Shown here in pieces: positions 1 to 8,822 of a stretch of 64,000 nt of DNA (its first letter is position 1; the number at the start of each line of letters is the position of its first letter). The stretch is from contig OZ242184.1 in the NCBI GenBank assembly GCA_965205855.1, positions 320,001 through 384,000 of the forward strand, given 5' to 3'. Source of the DNA: Thermodesulfobacteriota bacterium. Its GTDB lineage: Bacteria > Desulfobacterota_D > UBA1144 > Nemesobacterales > Mycalebacteriaceae. Under the pieces are notes generated by a model, which worked only from the letters and a program-made list of their open reading frames with translations, ran no database searches and was not told the origin of the DNA. Both the position numbers and the translations under genes were made by a program.

Positions 1-270
1 CTTCTTAAAGACTAACAAAGAATTAGTTGAAGGGGCTAAGTATGGTGGTTTGGTATTTAACATGTCAGATGCATTGATCGGAGGTATTTACACATACAAA
101 GAACATATTTCAATTGAGTTCAGCAATGGGGCTGATTTTACTGATACTAATTCTATTTTGGAGGGTGGCGGTAAAAAAAGACGACACATAAAAGTATAGA
201 CTGCCGATGATATTCTTAAAAGAATGTCGAATATTTTGTAAAACAAGCAATGAAACGGTTAAAGGAAACT
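1..270 (+). pseudogene. DUF1801 (YdhG-like) protein, 3' part, disrupted
   Basis: Frame 2 reads FLKTNKELVEGAKYGGLVFN...LIGGIYTYKEHISIEFSNGADFTD...LEGGGKKRRHIKV, then TAG at 197-199. A typical tail (DDILK/KNVEYFVKQAMK) continues only after a frameshift. AT-rich. Confidence 0.6.
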
Positions 271-275
271 ATCGA

Positions 276-411
276 ATGGTAAAATTTGGATACAATAAAC
301 TATGTCCATGATGTAGAGGTAGCTCTGTCATTCTTTGAAAAAACATTTGGGATGAAGCGACGCTTTATTTTTGATGTTGCCATTGAGGTGAATTCTACTC
401 CATTCACGTAA
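276..411 (+). pseudogene. VOC/glyoxalase-family fragment with frameshift
   Basis: ATG at 276 gives MVKFGY. A shifted frame gives INYVHDVEVALSFFEKTFGMKRRFI, the typical VOC N-terminal motif, then truncates. Confidence 0.5.
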
Positions 412-429
412 AAAAAAACGTGAATGACA

Positions 430-794
430 TTAAAGACTTGACCCTGTTCTCATCCCTGCGAAACAGGCAATCAGACACAGTGCGACTGACAGGAATATGT
501 TTAAAGCCGCCTTGCCCATCTGTCCGTTTTGTAAAAATACAGAGTCTCAAGTGAAAATGCGGAGAATGTCGTAAATCCGCCTAGCACACCGGTCATGAGG
601 AAAAGCCGCATTGTGTTGCCGTCCGTGCGGTCTTGCAGATACGCATAGAGAATCCCGATCAGGAACGAGCCGATAATGTTGACGCTCATTGTCGCCCACG
701 GGAAATTCAAGTTCGGAAACAGACGGAAAATTGTGTAACGAAAAGCCGAACCGATTGCGCCTCCGGTTATTACAAATATGTAGTTCCAGATCAT
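430..794 (-). CDS. crcB: Fluoride efflux channel CrcB/Fluc, with an apparent 1-nt frameshift near 533-537
   Basis: Motifs GGAIGSAFRY, FPWAT..VN and GVLGGFTTFSAF. Adding one T to the T5 run restores ...LYFLQNGQMGKAALNIFLSVALCLIACFAGMRTGSSL* ending at 430. Confidence 0.85.
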
Positions 795-796
795 TT

Positions 797-1990
797 TTAC
801 TTTTTTCCGCGCGAAACTGTCTCCGCGCCGTTTGCCGATACGATTTTCAAATAAGGGTTGCCGGTGTCGGAGCGGGTTTTAATAAAAATTAAATCCGCGT
901 CTTTTCCGGCTTCAATACTTCCGGTTTTGTCTTCAATAAAAAGAGATTTTGCCCCGCCGAGAGTGGAGATGTAAACTGCCTTTTGCGCGGCTTTTTCTTT
1001 TCCAAGCGGAAGCAGTAACTCGTTGAGCGCTTTTATTTCGTCAAAAAAATTCAAAGTCCGGTTGCTTGAAAGCCCGTCCGTTCCGAGACCCGTTCTTTCA
1101 AATTCCGCGTATTGCGTAACGGGTGCGGTTCCGGTGTTTAGAAATTTGTTGCTTCGCGGGCACAAAACAATTCCCATGTTCGAATCGCGTATAAGTTTTA
1201 TTTCATTTTTTTCCACATGCGCCATATGAACGGCGGTTGTTTTTGTTTTCCCGGAGTTTATTTTGTGAAAATAACTTAGCGGCGTCTTTGCGCGCGCGCG
1301 CGGCATCGGACACCTTCCGATTTCAAGATATATCTCTTTTTCAAATATATTTTCCTCTCCGCGCACAAAAGCCGTCTCTTCGGGACTTTCCGCCAGATGC
1401 GTTCCGGTGGGTGCGCCGGTCCGCGCCGATATTTCAAGAACCCTTTTTGTCAGTTCCGGAGAACAGGAATACGGGGCATGGGGAAAAAACCTTTCCTCAA
1501 ACCTTTTCCCGATTGCGCAAAGCGGGCTTAGATCCGCTTTTGTGTCGGTAATTTCACGGAAAAGAACCGTTCTGAGCGGAGAGTTTTTCAGTATTTTCGT
1601 GTCTTCGCCATAGGACGATATTTCACCGACCGTTGTTACGCCGCTTTTCAAAAGCGTTGCTACGCCGTCTTTTACGGAGTCTGCGATTTTTTCCGCAGTC
1701 GTGCCGGATTTTTTTGCGTCAACTACGTATTTGAGCCAGTCACCGAAATTTTTGAATTCATTTTCCGGTGCAAGCCATCCGAGCTCAAGATGCGTGTGAC
1801 AGTTCACAAATCCGGGCATGAGAATTCCACAGCCGAGGTCATGCACTGGCAGAGACGGAAAATGTTTTTTAATTTCTCCGGCTTTTCCCACCGCTTTGAT
1901 TATGCCGCCACAAACCGCGACTGCGCCGTTTTTCAGCGGCTCCGATGAAATCGGAAGAGCGACGGAGCAGACGATAATAAATCCGTTCAT
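797..1990 (-). CDS. Metal-dependent amidohydrolase (nucleoside deaminase-like; possibly aminodeoxyfutalosine deaminase)
   Basis: PGFVNCHTHLEL (HxH), PHAPYS, HLAESPEE, GTDG, GSIEAGKDAD motifs. Confidence 0.8.
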   Translation of the reverse strand: MNGFIIVCSVALPISSEPLKNGAVAVCGGIIKAVGKAGEIKKHFPSLPVHDLGCGILMPGFVNCHTHLELGWLAPENEFKNFGDWLKYVVDAKKSGTTAEKIADSVKDGVATLLKSGVTTVGEISSYGEDTKILKNSPLRTVLFREITDTKADLSPLCAIGKRFEERFFPHAPYSCSPELTKRVLEISARTGAPTGTHLAESPEETAFVRGEENIFEKEIYLEIGRCPMPRARAKTPLSYFHKINSGKTKTTAVHMAHVEKNEIKLIRDSNMGIVLCPRSNKFLNTGTAPVTQYAEFERTGLGTDGLSSNRTLNFFDEIKALNELLLPLGKEKAAQKAVYISTLGGAKSLFIEDKTGSIEAGKDADLIFIKTRSDTGNPYLKIVSANGAETVSRGKK

Positions 1991-2829
1991 CCCGTTTTCT
2001 GAAGCGCGTGGAGTTTTTTCACAAATTCGCCGCTCAATGTTCCGGCCGCCACTTCTTCTGCGGGACCGCTCATGCGGATGTCAAAATTTTTCGAGACCTC
2101 TATCTCAAGTTCGCCTCCGGGCATCGTGACCGTAACGGGGCTTTCGCATAGCCCGTTTTTCACCGCCGCCGCCGCCGCCGCGCATGAGCTTGAGCCAGAC
2201 GCGAGCGTGTATCCGGCGCCGCGCTCCCAGATGAAAATTTCAAGACGGTTTTTCGCCGCTGCGCGTGCAAACTGAACATTTGTCCTGTTCGGGAAAAACC
2301 CGTGGTTTTCAATCGCCGGACCGAACAGTTTTGTTTCCCTCTCGCCGGGACTGCCCGTGAAAATAACGCAGTGCGGATTACCGACAGACACTGCGGTGAA
2401 GGAAAAAAGTTTTCCCTCAGCCTCTATTTCCTCAAAGAGGACATTTCTCGAAAAAACGGCGCGTCCCATCTCCACCGTCACGCTGCAAACTTTGCCGTTT
2501 TCTGTTTTAATTTCCGCGCGAACTTCGCCGCCCGGAGTTTCAACGGAAAAACCGTCAGATACCGTATGTTCGTGCTCGCGGAGGAATTTGGCGAATATGC
2601 GTAAACCGTTGCCGCTTTTTTCCGCCTCGCTACCGTCCGGGTTGAATATCCTCAGACCGAAATCGGATTTTTGCGGTTTCGTAAGAAGCAGAATACCGTC
2701 CGAGCCGACCCCGTAATTGCGGTCGCATATAAGTTTGATCGCCTCCGGGGTGAGTTTGAATGAGAGGGAGTTTTCTTCAAGGGTTATGTAGTCATTGCCA
2801 AGTCCGTGAGATTTGACAAAAAAATCCAT
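1987..2829 (-). CDS. dapF: Diaminopimelate epimerase (Ser/Ser active-site variant)
   Basis: FVKSHGLGNDY, GVGSDG, IFNPDGSEAEKSGNG, VGNPH, FPNRTNVQF, WERGAGYTLASGS. Likely ATG at 2829. Confidence 0.9.
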   Translation of the reverse strand: MDFFVKSHGLGNDYITLEENSLSFKLTPEAIKLICDRNYGVGSDGILLLTKPQKSDFGLRIFNPDGSEAEKSGNGLRIFAKFLREHEHTVSDGFSVETPGGEVRAEIKTENGKVCSVTVEMGRAVFSRNVLFEEIEAEGKLFSFTAVSVGNPHCVIFTGSPGERETKLFGPAIENHGFFPNRTNVQFARAAAKNRLEIFIWERGAGYTLASGSSSCAAAAAAVKNGLCESPVTVTMPGGELEIEVSKNFDIRMSGPAEEVAAGTLSGEFVKKLHALQKTG

Positions 2830-2882
2830 CCGCTGCCCGCCTTGTTTTCTCAAATTACCGGTCGTTTCCTGCTTGCGGAACG

Positions 2883-3104
2883 TCAGTCTTTCATGTTTTC
2901 CAGAATAAAGGTTATGATTACATGAGCCCTATATTCGGCTATTTTCCCGTCTTCAATGTGGGCGTTCATTTTTGTAACCTCTATTCCCGTGAGTCCCCTA
3001 ATTGTTTTGTTCGCCCTTTCAAGAGCGTTGCGAACGGCATCGTCCCATGATATTTCGGACGAACCTATAACCTCTGATTTCCTTGCTACCTTTGGTGCGT
3101 TCAT
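2883..3104 (-). CDS. Dodecin-family flavin-binding protein
   Basis: EVIGSSEISWDDAVRNALERANKTIR...GKIAEYR. AAGGAGGAG RBS precedes the ATG at 3104. Confidence 0.9.
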   Translation of the reverse strand: MNAPKVARKSEVIGSSEISWDDAVRNALERANKTIRGLTGIEVTKMNAHIEDGKIAEYRAHVIITFILENMKD

Positions 3105-3279
3105 TTTGTTCTCCTCCTTGTTGTTGGAATGAAATAAATAATAATCAAAAAACGGTTTTTTTTCAAATTGAAGCCGCGACGAGACGCGCAAGCCGGAGGG
3201 TTTTTTCATTTGACAAAATTAGATACATAAATAGATTATAAAAACTCTCAAAAACGACAGGTGAGGAGGAATAATATTT

Positions 3280-4041
3280 ATGTTGGAAAAAATGCACGAC
3301 CTCAAGGGTCAGGTTGCCGTTGTAACGGGTGGCTCGCGTGGAATAGGGAAGGCGATTTCTCTTGCCCTCGCGGAGTCCGGAGCGGACATACTTCTTAATT
3401 ATGCAAGAAGCGACAAAGCCGCGCATGATGTGCAGAGAGAGATTGAATCTCTTGGAAGAAAATGCGTAACCGTGAGAGCGGATGTCGGGAATTTCACTCA
3501 GGCGCAGAATATCGGAAAAGCCGCCGTCAACCATTTCGGCAAGGTTAATATTCTTGTTAACAACGCCGGAGTCAACCGTGACAGGATGCTCAAAAGGATG
3601 ACTCTTGAGCAGTGGAACGAGGTTATACAGACAAACCTTTCAAGCGTTTTTAACTGCACAAAAGCGGTGCTTGACCCCATGCTTGAGAATGAAAACGGCG
3701 GGTCGATTGTTTCTATCTCATCAATCATAGGGGAAATGGGAAACATAGGGCAGGCAAACTACGCTTCAACAAAAGCCGGTATAACCGGCTTTACAAAAAG
3801 CATGGCGCGCGAGCTTTCCAGAAACAGGGTCAGAGTCAACGCCGTGGCTCCGGGCTTTGTTGAAACTGATATGCTCATGAGCGTTCCAGAAGATATAAGG
3901 AAGACAATTCTCAAGGACATACCGCTTGGCAGATTCGGCTCCGCCGAGGATGTGGCTCTCGCGGTTGTTTATCTGTGCTCCTCGGCCGGAAGCTGGATTA
4001 CCGGCACAACCCTGAGAATCAACGGCGGACACTACATCTGA
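3280..4041 (+). CDS. SDR-family 3-oxoacyl-ACP / acetoacetyl-CoA reductase (FabG/PhaB-like)
   Basis: TGGSRGIG, NNAG, NYASTK (YxxxK), NAVAPGF; GAGGAG RBS. Confidence 0.9.
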   Translation: MLEKMHDLKGQVAVVTGGSRGIGKAISLALAESGADILLNYARSDKAAHDVQREIESLGRKCVTVRADVGNFTQAQNIGKAAVNHFGKVNILVNNAGVNRDRMLKRMTLEQWNEVIQTNLSSVFNCTKAVLDPMLENENGGSIVSISSIIGEMGNIGQANYASTKAGITGFTKSMARELSRNRVRVNAVAPGFVETDMLMSVPEDIRKTILKDIPLGRFGSAEDVALAVVYLCSSAGSWITGTTLRINGGHYI

Positions 4042-4078
4042 TAGCAGAGACGGTTTTCCACCGGCGGTTGCGTTTCCG

Positions 4079-4105
4079 AAAAAAAAGCGGGGTTGTTGCC
4101 CGCTT
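4079..4105 (-). terminator. Putative intrinsic terminator of the prfA-ccsA unit
   Basis: On the minus strand, stem AAGCGGG/CCCGCTT followed by a T-run, between convergent genes. Confidence 0.55.
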
Positions 4106-4142
4106 GCGGTCGCCATTCGGGTTTTTTACTTGAAAATTAGGG

Positions 4143-4943
4143 TTAGCCCCCGATCAGGTGGTAACTCGCGCCAAACACCGCCACAATCGCGATGAAGCCC
4201 GCGATGGCGCCGAAGGAGGATTTTCTTCCCTTCCACCCGTAGGCGAATCTGCAGTTTATAAGAACGGCATATATAAGCCATGTCGCCACCGAAAGCGTCT
4301 CTTTGACTCCCCAGACCCAGTTGTTGCCCCATAGCTGGCTTGCCGAGACAAATCCCAGCGCGAGCCCCAGTGTTGCGAACGGAAAACCGTAGAGCAGACT
4401 TTTGTGCTGAATTCTGTCCAGAGCCGTTATCGGCAGAAAATCCTCGCCGCCTTCTCTGAGTGTTCCCTTTTTTATGCGCGGTTCCCTGAACAGATATAGA
4501 ACTGCGGTTACGAAAGCGACAAAGAAAAACGCCTGCCCCAGAAGAACAAGCGCTATGTGGGTTTGAATAAGCGGCTCCGCGACAACCGGGCTGCTTTCTC
4601 CAGAGCCCGCAAACGGGATTACGGACGGAACGGTTGCGGTGAAAGCGAGCGTGAAAACAAACGTCCCCAGCGCGGATTTGCCCGTTTTTGATTCCAGAGA
4701 CAGAAGCGCTATCACGGCAAACCATGAGAACAGAAAAAGCGATTTCACAAGCCCACCGACAAGCGGCTCGTCGGTGAAAAACAGAAGGGCAATTTTCGCC
4801 GTATGTGCGGCAAAGCCCGCCACCCCGAACACCAAACCCACGCGCCGCGCGCGCGGCGGGCCTCCTGCGACAAGCAGGATGAAAAACACCGATGAGATAA
4901 AATAGGAAGAGGAGACGAGGATGTTCAGTATCGAGTTATCCAT
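4143..4943 (-). CDS. ccsA: Cytochrome c biogenesis CcsA / HemX-like membrane protein
   Basis: Multiple TM helices, conserved His (QTHIAL), W-rich WGNNWVWGVKET..W..Y motif. Confidence 0.75.
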   Translation of the reverse strand: MDNSILNILVSSSYFISSVFFILLVAGGPPRARRVGLVFGVAGFAAHTAKIALLFFTDEPLVGGLVKSLFLFSWFAVIALLSLESKTGKSALGTFVFTLAFTATVPSVIPFAGSGESSPVVAEPLIQTHIALVLLGQAFFFVAFVTAVLYLFREPRIKKGTLREGGEDFLPITALDRIQHKSLLYGFPFATLGLALGFVSASQLWGNNWVWGVKETLSVATWLIYAVLINCRFAYGWKGRKSSFGAIAGFIAIVAVFGASYHLIGG

Positions 4944-6009
4944 TTGAGTTTTCCCGTGTTTGATCGGATTTCGCCGTGCTTACAAGCGCGTCAACAAGCT
5001 TCTGGATGCCGCCGTTCATTACCGTCTCTATGTTTGACAGTGTAAGACCCGTTCTGTGGTCTGTTACGCGCGACTGTGGAAAATTGTAGGTTCTTATTTT
5101 TTCGCTCCGCTCGCCGCTTCCGAGTTGCTTTTTTCTCTCTCCAGCCCGCTCGCTTGTTTGCCTATTTCTTTCTTCCTCATATAGCTTTGCCCTGAGCATC
5201 CTCATGCTTTGCGTGCGGTTTTTATGCTGCGACCTTTCACTCTGGCACTGTACCACTATTCCGGTCGGAATGTGCGTTATGCGCACTGCGGAATCGGTTT
5301 TATTCACATGTTGCCCTCCCGGTCCGGATGCTTTGTAGGTGTCAACCTTTATGTCTTTTTCATCCACTTCCACGTCCACTTCCTCGGGTTCTGCAAGAAC
5401 GGCCACAGTTGCCGTTGAGGTGTGGATTCTTCCCCCCGTTTCGGTTGTGGGAACCCTTTGAACCCTGTGGACTCCGCTTTCGTGTTTAAGGCTTTCAAAA
5501 ACGTTTTTTCCCTCAATCGTGGTAATCGCTTCCCTGATTCCGCCGATTTCAGTTTCGCTGACCCCCATGAGGCTCATCTTCCATCCGCGCTCCTCGCAGT
5601 ATCTGGAATACATTCTCAGAAGGTTGGATGCGAAAAGAGTCGCTTCTTCGCCTCCCGCTCCGGGGCGTATCTCAAGTATGACGTTTTTCCCGTCGTTGGG
5701 GTCTTTTATGACAAGCATTTCCCCTATCCTGTCTTCCCATTCGTCGCTTTTCTTTTTCAGGGCTTCTATTTCGGCGCGCGCGAGTTCGGACAGTTCCGGA
5801 TCTTTCAAAATCGGGGTGTTTTCCTCAATCCGCGCGAGCAATTCTTTGTAATGTCTGTATGCGGAAACGGTTTCTGATATTTCGGCGATTTCCCTTGAAA
5901 GGCTCACTATCTCGCCGGGCGTTATCCCGGGCTCTCCGAGCCGTTTTTCCTTTTCCATGTATCCGGCTTCAAATTCTTCAAGGGTTTTGAGGGTTTTGGG
6001 ATTGAGCAT
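4936..6009 (-). CDS. prfA: Peptide chain release factor 1
   Basis: GVHRVQRVPTTE (PxT), GPGGQHVNKTDSAVR, RTYNFPQ. Likely ATG at 6009. Confidence 0.97.
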   Translation of the reverse strand: MLNPKTLKTLEEFEAGYMEKEKRLGEPGITPGEIVSLSREIAEISETVSAYRHYKELLARIEENTPILKDPELSELARAEIEALKKKSDEWEDRIGEMLVIKDPNDGKNVILEIRPGAGGEEATLFASNLLRMYSRYCEERGWKMSLMGVSETEIGGIREAITTIEGKNVFESLKHESGVHRVQRVPTTETGGRIHTSTATVAVLAEPEEVDVEVDEKDIKVDTYKASGPGGQHVNKTDSAVRITHIPTGIVVQCQSERSQHKNRTQSMRMLRAKLYEEERNRQTSERAGERKKQLGSGERSEKIRTYNFPQSRVTDHRTGLTLSNIETVMNGGIQKLVDALVSTAKSDQTRENSNG

Positions 6010-6034
6010 TGTAACCGGATTAGGTTCCCACACC

Positions 6035-6063
6035 TTGAACAAATTTCAAGAAAGTATTACAAT
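6035..6063 (+). promoter_or_regulatory. Putative sigma70 promoter of the zapB-zapA-ygfA-rny unit
   Basis: TTGAAC-17 bp-TACAAT just upstream of ATG 6081. Confidence 0.5.
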
Positions 6064-6080
6064 CTAATCGGAGTCAGATT

Positions 6081-6287
6081 ATGAATTCTGTCAAGAACCT
6101 TGAAAACAAGATACTTGAATGCACAAAGCACGCGGATGAATTTATAAACGACTATGAGAAAATTGTTTTGGAAGTCAGGGAGTTAAAAAAAACCATTGAA
6201 AGGCTTCAGGCGGAAAGAAAGGAGTTGAGACGCAGAATAGACGACGTGGTGGAAAGTGTGGAAAACCATGTTAATTCGCGTACGTAG
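6081..6287 (+). CDS. Small coiled-coil protein, ZapB-like
   Basis: 68-aa coiled coil directly upstream of zapA. Confidence 0.65.
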   Translation: MNSVKNLENKILECTKHADEFINDYEKIVLEVRELKKTIERLQAERKELRRRIDDVVESVENHVNSRT

Positions 6288-6293
6288 TAACCC

Positions 6294-6656
6294 ATGGCGG
6301 ATTATAAAAAACGGGTTGATGTTGAAATAGGAGCTTTCGGTTCCACATACAGGGTGAAAGCGGTGCCCGAAAATGAGGGGCGCCTGAAACAAGCCGCCGC
6401 CTTGCTGGAAAAGAAAGTGGAAGAATTTTCAACGGATTTGAAAAAAACTCTGAACACTCCGATACCGGATCAACTTTTCTTTGCCGCGCTCATTATAGCC
6501 GACGAAATGCTTATGTTGAGGGAACAAAATGAAGAAGACAAAGAGTCGCGCAAATCACGGATTGACGAACTTGAACAGGTTGTGGACAAATCTCTTATCT
6601 CCAGATTTATTAAACTCAAAATGGCTTATGGAGCCGAGAGAAAAGAAGGTAGCTGA
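6294..6656 (+). CDS. zapA: Cell division protein ZapA
   Basis: VDVEI..FGSTYRV, RLKQAAALL, AALIIADE; conserved context. Confidence 0.8.
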   Translation: MADYKKRVDVEIGAFGSTYRVKAVPENEGRLKQAAALLEKKVEEFSTDLKKTLNTPIPDQLFFAALIIADEMLMLREQNEEDKESRKSRIDELEQVVDKSLISRFIKLKMAYGAERKEGS

Positions 6657-7263
6657 ACACTCGGCTTCCCGCGCGCATATTTCAAAAACGGAAATACGGA
6701 GCCGCTTTTCCCGTTTGAGGGAAGCGAAGCCCCCCTCTGTGCTTAAGGCCCTGAGCTCCCGTATTGCCACCGGTATTTGCGGTAGCCGCATATTCCGGGA
6801 TTCGTCAAACATCGCCCTCTATTTTCCCGTTCGCGGGGAGGCGGATGTTACCGCCATACTGCCGGAGATCGCCAAATGCGGAAAAAGGGCTTTCCTGCCC
6901 AGAGTCTGCGGAGACCGTCTGCGGTTTTTTGAGGTTACCTCCGCCGCCGGTCTTTTGCCGGGTGCTTTTTCAATTCCCGAACCGCCCGAAGACCCTGAGC
7001 GCGAGATAGAAGTTTGTGAACTTGACCTTATGGTTGTTCCGGGAGTCTGCTTTGATGTCTTCGGCTCAAGGGTTGGATACGGAAAGGGTTTGTACGACCG
7101 TGCGGCTTGCGATTTGAGTCCCGAAAAACTCTGCGGTGCGATGTATCTGTTCCAGTTTGTGGATTTTGAACTTCCGCACGAGCCGCACGACAGAAGGGTC
7201 GGATTTATGGCGACAGAGCGCGGAGTGTTGCGCATGAAAAAACAAAGGAGTGAAAAAAAATGA
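6628..7263 (+). CDS. ygfA: 5-formyltetrahydrofolate cyclo-ligase
   Basis: IALYFPVRGEAD, IPEP, DLMVVPGVCFD..G.RVGYGKGLYDR, PHEPHD. Start uncertain. Confidence 0.9.
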   Translation: MEPREKKVAEHSASRAHISKTEIRSRFSRLREAKPPSVLKALSSRIATGICGSRIFRDSSNIALYFPVRGEADVTAILPEIAKCGKRAFLPRVCGDRLRFFEVTSAAGLLPGAFSIPEPPEDPEREIEVCELDLMVVPGVCFDVFGSRVGYGKGLYDRAACDLSPEKLCGAMYLFQFVDFELPHEPHDRRVGFMATERGVLRMKKQRSEKK

Positions 7264-8822
7264 CTGACATAATCTACATAGCGGCGGTCGGTGTGGTTTG
7301 CTTTCTGGCGGGTTTTTTGATCAACCGTTTTATTATCTCTGAGAGAGAAAGGAAAAATCTGTCCTCAAAGACCGTTCTTGCTAAACGGATAGTTGAAAAA
7401 GCGAAAAAAGACGGGGAAAAAATCCTCAAAGACGCGGATACGAGAGCCTCGGAGGTTATGCGCAAAAAGAAGCTACAATTTGAGAAATCCGATAAGGACA
7501 AACGCAGAGATTTACTCCACGCCGAGCAGAAAGTCCAGAAAAATCAGGAACTGGTGAACAAAAAACTTCAAGATGTTCAGGAGAGAGAGGCGGATATCAA
7601 CCGCAGGCAGAAGAGTCTTGATTCGCTTGAGGACTCTATCGGCGAAAGACACGGCGAGATAGATACAATCAAGACCGAGATGAAAAAGCGGCTTGAGGAG
7701 TTGTCCGGTATGTCCGCCGAAGAAGTTAGAAGCGAGATGATTAAAAACATTGAGGAGGAAGCCAGAAAGGAGTCGTCCCTGATGGTCAGGGAGATAGAGG
7801 ATGAAGCCGAAGCCGGGGCCAAGGAAACCGCGACAAAGATCATCGCGCTTGCCGTGCAGAGGTATGCCGGCAAATACACGGCGGAAAACACATCCTCAAC
7901 GGTCACGCTTCCCGACCCGAACATAAAGGGGAAGATAATAGGGCGCGAGGGCAGGAACATCAGGGCTCTTGAGATACGCACGGGGGTTGATTTTGTTATG
8001 GACGAGTCGCCCGACACGGTCGTTCTGACAAGTCTGAACTCTCTGCGGCGCGAAATCGCGGTAATAGCTCTAAAGCGGCTTCTTGACGACGGCAGGGTGC
8101 ATCCCGCGAGAATTGAAGAAATAGTAAGCGAGGTTGAGGAGGAGATAAACAAGGACATTAAAAAGGCCGGCGAAGGAGCGGTTTTTGAGCTTGGAATACA
8201 CGATATGGACCCCGAGCTTGTGCGTCATGTGGGAATGCTTAAATACAGAAGAAGTTACGCGCAGAATATGCTCAACCATTCGCTGGAGGTGGCGTTTATC
8301 TGCGGGATGCTTGCCGCGGAGATAGGATACGACCAGAACCTCGCCAAACGCGCCGCACTTCTTCATGATGTGGGTAAAGCGGTTGACCATGAAGTGGAAG
8401 GCACGCATATGGAGATAGGGGCGGAACTCGCGAGAAAATACAAGGAAAACCCGCTTGTTGTGAATGCAGTCGCAAAAAGTCACGATTCGCGCATTGACGA
8501 TGTTCTTTCCATCATTGTTCAGGCTGCAGACGCGATTTCCGCGGCGCGTCCCGGAGCGAGAAAAGAGAGTTACGAGAAATATATCAAAAGAGTTGAAGAG
8601 ATAGAGGAAATAGGAGGCTCGTTCAACGGGGTCAGCAAGTGTTTCGCCGTGCAGGCAGGCAGAGAGTTGCGCGTTATAGTTGAAAACTCCTCTGTGGACG
8701 ACAAAGAGAGCGCCGTTCTCTCAAAAGACATTGCTAAGAAGATAGAGAAGGAAGTCAATTATCCGGGTAAGATAAAAATAACCGTGATAAGGGAAACCCG
8801 CGCGGTCGCGTATGCGTCTTAG
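7260..8822 (+). CDS. rny: Ribonuclease Y
   Basis: N-terminal TM, coiled coil, KH (KGKIIGREGRNIR), HD (LLHDVGK). Confidence 0.97.
   Translation: MTDIIYIAAVGVVCFLAGFLINRFIISERERKNLSSKTVLAKRIVEKAKKDGEKILKDADTRASEVMRKKKLQFEKSDKDKRRDLLHAEQKVQKNQELVNKKLQDVQEREADINRRQKSLDSLEDSIGERHGEIDTIKTEMKKRLEELSGMSAEEVRSEMIKNIEEEARKESSLMVREIEDEAEAGAKETATKIIALAVQRYAGKYTAENTSSTVTLPDPNIKGKIIGREGRNIRALEIRTGVDFVMDESPDTVVLTSLNSLRREIAVIALKRLLDDGRVHPARIEEIVSEVEEEINKDIKKAGEGAVFELGIHDMDPELVRHVGMLKYRRSYAQNMLNHSLEVAFICGMLAAEIGYDQNLAKRAALLHDVGKAVDHEVEGTHMEIGAELARKYKENPLVVNAVAKSHDSRIDDVLSIIVQAADAISAARPGARKESYEKYIKRVEEIEEIGGSFNGVSKCFAVQAGRELRVIVENSSVDDKESAVLSKDIAKKIEKEVNYPGKIKITVIRETRAVAYAS

Noticed and set aside
2163-2181. 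(CCG)n simple repeat as a phase-variable tract
   Set aside because: It is a trinucleotide run encoding the Ala-rich helix of DapF and cannot shift the frame.
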